The notes beneath the pieces are model-generated. The model saw nothing but the letters and a program-made list of their open reading frames with translations. It searched no databases and was not told the origin of the DNA. This document shows, one piece after another, positions 54,801 to 64,000 of a DNA stretch of 64,000 nt. Both the position numbers and the translations under genes were made by a program. Within the stretch, counting starts at the first letter, position 1. The number at the start of each line of letters is the position of its first letter. The DNA is from Saccostrea cucullata (taxonomy: Eukaryota). The stretch spans positions 248,001 to 312,000 of the forward strand of contig NW_026927632.1 of assembly GCF_032062105.1 (NCBI RefSeq), written 5' to 3'.

Positions 54801-57635
54801 TTATGAAGGTCTTAAACCGGAGGTTTAAAACCTTGCATTGAAGCGTATGGGTATTGTTTGTTTCACAAAAGACATAGAACAAAAGGGCCAAGGTGATTAA
54901 ATAAACGCATTAAACTTTTATACGAATTCGTACCTGCTTAGTTACGTCGAACTGTCGTTTGGAAGGACTATGATACGGTAAGAGTTTTCACTTTTAGGCT
55001 CAGAAGGTATATTCTAATTTATCTTTTATTTGAAATAATGCGGCTCTAAAGAACACATAGACAGGCATATTAGTAGATAATTCTTCGATTTAGATTCAAT
55101 AGCGATTCGGGAATATTCTAGTCAGTGATATTGATCACAGGTAGAACAAACCGATCAATATCGTCATGCAATATTTCCGTGTATGTGCAATACAGTACTG
55201 GTCCTTTGCTTGGAAAATTATACCGGTCCGAAATTCAGAAAATGTCATTTTATAAAAACGAGAAGAGCATTGTGTTATACACGTTGACGTTGCAAATAAT
55301 TCTTACTTTATAACATAAAACGCATTATAATTTTTGTCAACATTTATAACATTTGAATGATGAATTTCTTCACAAGAAATGATATCGCTGTAAATCTCTG
55401 ATATTTCATATGCAACGTCATTGGATTGAAAGGGGGGGTACAATACGACCATACACTTAAATTTTTTAAAAACAAATATTCAATATTCGTTCAAGCAAAT
55501 TAAACTCATCATGAATATTAAAATTAACATAGTGATATGCGAAATTTATGTGGTATTTTGTTCATTATTAAACACTACAGATTATTATTCTGTGATAATT
55601 GCCTTTAAATATTTTTGGTATGAATAAGCAAAATTGTCTAGATTAACATTCTACGAATCACGTGAATCTAAACTGCCTGTTTAAATTGTACCCTTGCAAC
55701 CCTACACATGTATGTCAGAGATTAAAAGATTAAAATGCATATATAATTAGATGAAAGAAAACTAAAAAAAAAAAATATTTAAATTTCGAAAATCACACAT
55801 TGATAGTTATTTCTTTTTTTCATACTTTGTGAAAGAGTTTCAGATACATTTAGCGCCGCGTTATATTGCCAGACTCCAGCAGCAAAGAATGGAGGTGTAC
55901 AAGGCGAGGACAATGTCAAACTTTAAGAAAAGACATTTCTCAAAGATCTCATAAAGTTAAAGCAATATGAGCTGTATTTTTGAGAATTTTATTTTGCTGG
56001 TAAAATGTGTTTTTATGATTAATCTGTATGTAATCTAAACCCTTATGATCGATAAAACCAAATTAAAGTTTAAAAATGTTTCAGAAGAAATACTTCTGTA
56101 CAGGTGAATATTATACAATTATTGCTGTTTTTTGAGGTCAATACAATGATTTAGCCATCTGAGGAGTACAATATTCACCGAGCCCGAAGGGCGAGGTGAA
56201 TATTGTACTTCGAAGATGGCTAAATCATTGTATTGACCGAAAAAACAGCAATAATTGTTTTATTATATGATTCACTGATAAAATGATAAAACTAATTACT
56301 TGTTTGAATTTAATTAAGTCCTAGCCAAATACAAGAGAGAAGCAGAATTAAAATGTGAATAAACCTTACCAGTCGTATCATTTGAAATGTTTTTTTTCAT
56401 CAATTTTAGTTGCCATGAAAAAAAAAATTATAGGAAAGATTTTGAAAGGAAGGAGCATCATCAGGGAAAATCGACTGCCAAAAAGTAAAAAAAAAATGTT
56501 TTCAGTAAAAGTGTTGGAGGGGGGTCCCTGCATCCCCTCTTACCACCCTCTCACCCTTAAATATATATTCGCTAATGTTTTGTTCACATGAAAAAAAATC
56601 ATAGTCGTTTAAATAGTTTTCCAAAACAGTTTGTATCAATTTGGAATTTCCCAATCTATTTTTAGATCAATGTAGAGGAAATGAATCCTTGTATTGACCT
56701 GGAACGTCACGTGCAGGTCAATACAACGTATTATTTTTCTAACATAGTTGGATCTCAACCAATCAGAGAGTTGGAAAATATTCAATCATATAATAAACAG
56801 AATTATACAAGAAATCATTATTGTACAGGACGACAATAATTCAATTTTGCTTCAATCAAAGCGTATAAAAAGTTCTTTTGTTGAAAATGTGAACAGCAGA
56901 AGTTTATAAATGTTCTATTTTTCTGTCATTGAAATAGTTAATTACAATTAAAAAAAAAAAATTCTGATGTCAAACATGCAGCACATATTGCTTTAAAGAA
57001 AAGTTGTTTTTTTTTCAAAAATAGTTTTGTCTTTATCATCTTTTTTCACGTTTCCTCCCTTTAGTCTCTCGACTAAAAGAAAAAAAAGACATATTCTATG
57101 TTCTTGCCTTTTTTATCGAAATGATATTTTCTTTAAATTCCTTAATGTAATCTAACGTACTGTATAAAATTATATTCAATAACCAGTGAATGTTAACCAA
57201 ACTTCATTTTTTTCAGGTTACCAAACCATTGATAGTCTTTACCCGCGGAATAATACATTTTACATCGACCCTACTGCTACACAAAAAAACGGTCTTTTGG
57301 ACCTCAAGCATAAGAACGCATTCAACGCCACGTCAAAAGACGATTCTAGTACTTTGAAAATGAGCACCAAGAAAGCCCCCGTTACGCTGTCCGTTCAGGA
57401 ACAGGCCGGTATAAACACCACCTTCCCCGGACGAACCGAGTATATGCATAAATACCAGACCCCGCCCATGGATATACCCACAAGTGACTTTAATATTAAC
57501 CCGAAGCCGAATTTCCTTTTGCACGGACGACCACTAGGGGAGACAACTTACGAAAGCCATAGCACAGAATACCAAACCCGCTACGAGTTCCCAGACAGCA
57601 ACAAAATTGTGCGCATGCCCTGGCTACGAAAGTGA
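48815..57635 (+). CDS. Uncharacterised 370-aa protein with SAXO/MAP6 Mn-like motifs; probable ciliary/sperm microtubule inner protein
   Basis: Exons 48815-49052, 49313-49458, 51376-51577, 53541-53648, 57217-57635 (1113 nt, phases consistent, GC-rich codons). Repeated TEY motifs: RTEYINTLNSRRP, RTEYMHKYQTP, STEYQTRYEFP. The gene structure is strong; the function is inferred. Confidence 0.8.
53090..53378 (-). mobile_element. tRNA-derived SINE (Meta-type core)
   Basis: Reverse-strand tRNA-like head (A box GGTTAGAGC, B box TTCGAATCCC), core CCGTGTCGCAGTAGGTG and a tail ending in CAAT/CAAC repeats; homologous to the copy at 59011-59286. Confidence 0.8.
53606..54135. repeat. ~63-bp minisatellite (~8 copies) made of the exon 3' end and donor site at 53648
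   Basis: Unit GTCAGATTTGGGTGCACACCGCCGGCTAAACGCAACTTCAGAGGTTAGTATATAGTTAGCAAA versus the real junction GTCAGATTCGGCTGCACACTTCCGGCCAAACGCAACATCAGAG|gttagtatatagtt. Confidence 0.9.
56113..56796. mobile_element. Palindrome-ended non-autonomous element (possibly Crypton-associated)
   Basis: ~65-bp-arm hairpin centred on CACCGAGCCCGAAGGGCGAGGTG (56115-56258); second small palindrome TTGTATTGACCT..AGGTCAATACAA (56689-56726); end CCAATCAG..AATCATATAATAA. Confidence 0.5.
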
Positions 57636-58099
57636 AAAGAATAAAACTGCCTCAAAAGAATATCACTTTCTGTTTCAAGAGTACATGGCAGATCTGAGTT
57701 GTTTAAAACATTTATAGCATAATGTAGTCCGTAGAGAAGTCCATTGTGGACAAGATATTTGTTAACTTTTTAAAAAGATTATTCTTTCTTTCTACCAGAA
57801 TGCCTGTTTCTTATCATTTATCTCGTTGAATTTTTTTTATTATAACATATTATTTATCATATCCATTTTGTAAAAGGACATGCCGTAAAAAACTAACAAT
57901 AATAAAATATGTTAAGTTTGTATGACTTCATATATTAATAGGTTTGTGGTGTTTATGAATCCCGGTTATCCAAATACACCATATCCTTTGCAAGATGTAA
58001 AATGCAATTATTCCGTAAAAACATACGTAATCAGAGATTACAGAGCTCACCTCCACGAATGTTGTCTTTAAGTAAGGCAAAGTCACACAATTAACCAAC

Positions 58100-59830
58100 A
58101 TTCTAAAAGTGTACATCCAAAAATGCAGAATTTATGCAATTTTGATCTGATAGGTCTTGCAGTTACTTTGGAATAGACCTGTCTAAAAACTTCAAACTAA
58201 TCGTCCATCAAAAAAAATGTAAGTCAAATCCAGCACCTGAAGCAAGTTTGAGAGTTTTCACCCCTTGATGCATCATTTGTGCAAGTTTGGTTCATATAGG
58301 CCCTATAGTTTCTTGGTGATAGACCTGCAACCATAACTCTCACCTGGTCCATTATCTGGGAAATGTATGTCATATTCAGTCATATTAAGCAAGTCAATTA
58401 GTGTGCATCCTTAGATATATTATATCCATGCAAGTTTGGGCAACATAGGGCTCATACGAGTTACTTAGAAATGATACCTGCATAAAAAAAATAAGCTTTT
58501 CACTCGTCCAGAAAATGTAGGTCAGATTCAGCATCCGAATCAAGCCTGGTAGTATGCATCCTTAGATTATCATCCATGCAAGTTTGGTCAACATAGGGCT
58601 TATAGTGCGTTGAAAATGAAACCTTCACCAAAAACTGCATCAAACACGTTCACATGCTCCAAAAACATTAATCTGGTCATTCCTTTGCTGAAATTGCATC
58701 TGAAACGATGATATGTACAATGAAACACATTAGAAGCATCTTCATTGCATGTCTAATCAATATAGGACATAGAAGTACTTAAAAAACTGCTCCAAAAAAC
58801 TTAACCTGGGACGCCGAGTATCACATAAGCTCCCCCAACTTCGTTGAGGTGAGCTAAAAAGGAGAAATGTGAAAGGCAAAGATAACGAACAGTTTTCGAT
58901 TTTGAAAAACTGTAACAATATATAAATGTGAACAGGGTATGAAGCACAGATCCATGAAAATTCCAGAGGCGGGATCAGGTGCTTAGGAAGAGTAAACATC
59001 CCTTGATGGATTGTATATTGTTTTAACGTCCTTCTCGAGAATCTTTCACTCATATCGAGATGCCACCACTTGCCGATGGAGACCTGCAAATTTTAATCTA
59101 TACTCGGCGCCATTGAGCAGGGAGGGATCATTTTCGTGCCAGTACACAGGATCTCGGCTTATACGGCCTCATTCGAAGTACCGGCCTCCACATCCCACAG
59201 TGGGATTCGAACCCGCGAAGTAAGGATGAACTCCTTACTTCGCGACTCTAGAGCAGACGCTCTAATCACAGCGCCACCCGGGCGACTCCCTTGATGGAAA
59301 TGATTGGCCTATTTCCTGCTATTTGTGCTTGACAGAGACATAAACATAGGTGGTAATGAGATCATCTTACCGAACCTTATCTTAGAGTAAAACATATCAA
59401 ACTAATAATGTGCAATGTAGTAGTGTACATCCCAAAATACAAGGTGCCTGTGATTTTGTTCTAATAGGGCTTGCAGTTACTTGGGAATAGAAATAGCCAA
59501 AAATTTCAAACTGTTATCCCGGTATCTCTTTCACAAAATGCAAGTCAAATCCAGCATTTGAAGCAAGTCTGAGAGTTTTCATCCCTTGATGCATCATTTT
59601 GTGCAAGTTTGGTTTAGATAGGCCTTACGGTTTCTTGGTAATGGACTAAAGTAAAAAAAAAAACAAACTTTAACCTGGTCATTCGCCAGGAAAATGTAGA
59701 TCAAATTCCCGAAGCAAGCCTGGTAGTGTGCATCATTAGATGTATCATGTATGGTTAACATAGGACTTACAGTCGATAAGAAATAAGACCTGCTCCTAAC
59801 ACTTTAAACTGCTTCTTTTAAAAATCTTAA
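58100..59830. repeat. HINE-like repeats with GCAAGTTTGGTCAACATAGGG tandem units
   Basis: Related ~140-bp units at 58200-58620 and 59540-59790; hairpin tail AGCTCCCCCAACTTCGTTGAGGTGAGCTAAAA at 58828-58860. Confidence 0.5.
59011..59286 (-). mobile_element. tRNA-derived SINE (Meta-type core) with 12-bp TSD
   Basis: TSD TCCCTTGATGGA at 58999-59010 and 59287-59298; B box GGTTCGAATCCC on the minus strand; inserted into another dispersed repeat (58865-59000, homologous to 24840-25260). Confidence 0.85.
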
Positions 59831-62010
59831 CCTGAACTTAAACATTAAACAGACCATTTCTTACCTGAAATTGCAGCATCTGTAACCTTGACTGTAACAA
59901 AATAGAAGCATGTTCTATGCATCTATGAAATGGAGGGCACAGAAGTATTTAAAAGGAAAATTGCTTCAAAAACTTAAACCTAGTACGCCGCCATCAACAG
60001 TATCGCACAAACCCCTGCCTATAACTGTTGAGATTAGCAATAATAAATTGGAAGTTTATAAATCCTTCAAAATTTTGTATAGAGTTTCACGACTTAAGAG
60101 GGCGTTTCAGACCGAAAAATTAAATTTAAATAAGGCGTGTTAAGAAATTTCATTATCAAGTTTACAATTTTCACGAGAATCAACATTTTCAAATTTTAAA
60201 ACTGTATTCTTAATATGGACAAAAATGGAAAGTTTGTGATGTACTAGACTACATGCTTCAAGAAAGACGAGAGAGGTTGGCATGGCCTACGATGGAGGAC
60301 GTCACAGATGGGACATCTTAATAAATGATGTTAATACAAGAAACGACATTCTTGAGATACTTGCCGAGACAAATGTGGATGCTGGTGCATTATGAATCTT
60401 GAGATAACATTGGTAAAGCTTGGATAAGCAGTCAGCAGCTACATGTACCGGTATGCAAGATGTTAGGAGTTCCATCAAACTTCAATCCAATTGGACTCTT
60501 GCAGCAATGCAATACATTCCCGCTCCTATTACAACTATCACTAGTTGTTAAAGAGTTCAAAGGTCTACATGTAAACAAGTGGTGACCTTATGAGACTCAT
60601 AAGATCAAATTAAAAGGTTTATCATGCTTGAGACAAGGTCAGTACACAAGAGGTCGACAATTACAGCAGTAAACCAAAGAGAGCAACCTGGAATTGCGGG
60701 ACATATTTTGCAAAACGTGAAAGGGCAAAGAAGGGATTGATGTGTCAAATTTCCAACAATAGACTAAGATTGACAAGAAAAGGAGGAGTAAAATTGTTCC
60801 AGGAAAGGTGAGTAAATAGTTGATGTCAGTTTATGGGCAGAGCTCCATAAGATAAGAACTTCGACCAGAGTTTCAGAACACAACTCTATAGATCAGATCT
60901 ATAGAAGATAGCTGCAGAACTATACCTCTCGGACAAGTAAGGCAGATATTTCATAAACACAAATTGGTTTGTCTGTTCGAATTCAAACAGAGCTACCATC
61001 CCAAGATATATGGAAGAGAAATTTTGTGAAAACAAACTGGTTTGTCTGTTCGGATTCAGAGAGCTACAAGCTAATGTTACAGCTATATGGAAGATAGACT
61101 AATTCAGAATTGCATTTTAGTGCGACTGATGTACGATACACTATCTCACATACATATGTACTAATCTACAACAGTGAGGACTCATTAGCACTGAAAATAC
61201 TAGCTATCGTACACATCGTGTTTGGTAGCACTTACACAAGACCAATACTGATGGAGACATGATGAAGTCCAAATATAGGGAACTGGATGATTTGGTAAAG
61301 GGCAGAATAAGAAAAAGAAGGCGGGGGAGGGGGGACAGGGACAAGATGTCAGATATCATCTGGGAAGATTGAAAATCTGAGAATAAGAAAGGATGAAAAT
61401 CTTGTTTAATAGACTTGGAAAGTAGAGCAAACGTGAATAGGAATCTTTTCTATCTAGAAATATTAGATGTACCGTTGAGACCATATCATACATGGTGATG
61501 TAGTCCATAATGGCCAAGATGCTTGCATTTATAGTGTGACAGTGCCATAAAATTCTGTGATGAGGTGCAAGAGGCCTTTTTATGCAGATCAATTAAGCCC
61601 CACTATTTAGTCTTAGCCTTATTTGAAACTCAAGTTTTGATCGCACATCAGGCCCAAAGAAAGTTAAATGTATGCAATTAATATGTTAATCTAAATTATG
61701 AAAAACAAACAACCAATTTGTAAGAAAGTTTAATCTTGCAAGGCCGAAAAACTACATACAAAAAAAAGAAAAGAATTAAAAGAAAGAGTAATACCATATA
61801 GAGTATAAATATAACTCAAATGTAAGTAACATAACTGAACCACTATAAATTTTTTAGTTTTAAGAGAAAATGTCTTCAAAACAAAAAAAATAAAAAAACA
61901 TTTAACTATGTACATGTATCAAAGAATTATATCAACAGAATATGTGATCAGTCATATAAACACAAGAATTGTAAAATCCTGTCATGGTCACAAGTTACAA
62001 TCCTCTATTT

Positions 62011-63917
62011 TCAGACCTCTGATTGTTCTTCACTGGTATCCAATGTTGTATTCCATGCAGGTTTGGGTGTAAGGTGGTCTGGATCAATCACTATGCCATT
62101 ATCCATCGAATCTTTCTTGGGAGTTGGTGACATTTCATTCGTTTCATCATTGCTAGTATCCTTTTCATCTTGGATGTCTTGTAAACATTGGACAGATTCA
62201 TTGATGTATTTTCTTTTATGTGGACCAGCTGATACAATAGTAGATACCGAATGCGGACTTGGACTCACTCTTCTATTTCTCAAAGAATGTCTCCTCTCTG
62301 TTGTGGTTAAAGGCTGGTCTTGATCAGATGCTGTTGGTACCAGTGGTTCAAATGTTGTTTTTCTATGGCTCTGGTAATATTTCAAGTTCTGCATTTCAAT
62401 GAATGACGGATAGCTCAAATTCTGAAATACATATAGCACACTTTTACCTAATTTGCCTCAATTGAATACTAGTAATCAAAAAGAGCAAAGAGCATAGTTT
62501 AAAGACTTTCCTCACTACATTTAGGAATTTATCATGTGGAGTTGATCCTAGAGCCTATTATAATACCGAATATGGATAAAGTTTTTTGAATTCTTGACAA
62601 AATTTTTAAAAACCCTGGGGAAATATTATGTTTATGATAAAATCTCATCTTATATAAAGAATTTAAGGATAAAGCAAACTGATTATGTGTTCCATAGAGG
62701 TTAAAAAATAATGATTTGCACATCTTACAAACAAATTTTCAATACATTCATATTCAAAAGTAATTTGATTTGAAAGTCAATCCTTCAAATATTCATAGTA
62801 TTAAAAAATTTGCTTCGCAGTAACTGTACATTATAGCATAACCTTGAATTATATGTCGTCTTTGTGCCAAGCATGAATTTCATCTCTTTATATCATGGAA
62901 TTTTAAATTCTTTTTTTAAATGAAGAATGTAATGTGGTCTTGGTGCAAGGTAGTGATGGAAATCTTGTATCTTCAAGACTTGTTTTTACTTACTGGTGGA
63001 GGATGTATGAACGACTGATCATCATCATCATGTTCCATGTCAAAAGATTCATTGTAATCATCTTCATCACAAGGTAAATCATCATCATCATCACCATCTT
63101 CAGAAAAATCCTCATGGTCATATTCATCTTCAACAAAGGGCTGGGAATTACTTTTGCTTTGAAGAAATGCCCAAGGAATAGTCTTTTCTTGGTCCTGTAT
63201 TGTAAAAACAGAGTTTTAAATTGATGCCAACAGAAATAAATCTGCTTTTCAAACAACCAAAAAAAGTATCAAAATATAATTTCTTTTCTTACAACATAAC
63301 GAAGCTTCATGTTGAAAAACTCCTCCCCCTCTTCTGGATAGTTGTGGTCCTTAAATGCAAATAGAAATTCACAACTGAATCTTAAATGAATACACACAAG
63401 TCAGCAGAACTGTTTTGCATTGATGCTTGATTATTAGTTATCTATTCTAATGTTGACCTACTTCAATATACTAGTGCTGAGATCTTTAATTTCTGATTTT
63501 TTTTATGGACTGTATGCTTGAAAAAGCATAATAAAAGAAGTTTTTTGTTGTTGCTTTTTTAAGTACATTCTATGCCAGTGTTTATCAGTCGAGGAATATT
63601 AAGTAAAATTCCTCAACACATGTAAATTAAATTCAACTGCCCACTGATCATAATTTGTGACCATTCCAAATTCTTTAGAAAAACTCTTCATTTGTTCTAA
63701 TTGCATCATAATTAACAACAACATACATGCATATCAATAACATATTTTGAAAATGCTTCATTAAAAATTGTTTTAAAAGAATGAAAACAACAATAATACA
63801 TTTATTCAATAAATAAAATTTGGAATGGACAGTTGTCACAAAACCAAACTTACATGTTCCTGATGTGAGTCAGTAAAGTCTAGTAGAGATGGAATCGATG
63901 TTGTTGAAGTGTTTCTT
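62011..63917 (-). CDS. 3' exons of an uncharacterised protein with an acidic, disordered C-terminus (gene continues beyond the window)
   Basis: Exons 63917-63854 (RNTSTTSIPSLLDFTDSHQEH), 63349-63293 (DHNYPEEGEEFFNMKLRYV), 63194-62994 (DQEKTIPWAFLQ...EDGDDDDLPCDEDD...HPPP), 62421-62011 (NLSYPSF...EQSEV*). Canonical GT-AG and in frame. Confidence 0.75.
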
Positions 63918-64000
63918 CTACAATAAAACCAGAAAATCAATGGTAATCAATACAAGAAGTATCATGCATATATGCTAATTTTATCTTTAAAAATTTTAAA

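Noticed and set aside
60230-61600. Purine-rich segment that might be coding or a LINE remnant
   Set aside because: No sustained ORF or recognisable motif; more simply the 3' UTR of the minus-strand gene ending at 62011.

Overview
AT-rich eukaryotic genomic DNA with spliceosomal introns. The repeat families (Cg170-like satellite inside Helentron/HINE elements, Meta-type tRNA SINEs) point to an oyster-like bivalve; this is inference. Spliced gene models built by hand: (1) minus-strand pleiotrophin/midkine (Miple-like) locus: a 179-aa secreted two-domain form with a Lys/Arg tail (15328-11627) plus four more in-phase PTN/MK-domain exons (4129-1146); (2) 277-aa secreted uncharacterised protein with two microexons (26151-30081); (3) 332-aa secreted PAN/Apple-Cys-rich-Sushi-TARSH/FNDC1-C-terminal-domain protein (31334-37231); (4) 370-aa protein with SAXO/Mn-like motifs, a probable ciliary microtubule inner protein (48815-57635); (5) the 3' end of an acidic, disordered protein on the minus strand (63917-62011). 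The rest is dense with MITEs, HINEs, SINEs, a solo LTR and a Harbinger fossil. Most striking: three unrelated genes each carry an intronic minisatellite (43, 44 and 63 bp units) that is a tandem amplification of their own splice junction, producing arrays of AG|GT decoy or ratchet-like sites. In a fourth gene a transposon duplicated the 5' splice site as its target-site duplication. The window also shows many TA-CATG-TA / TA-CCGG-TA motifs that behave like Tc1/mariner excision footprints.
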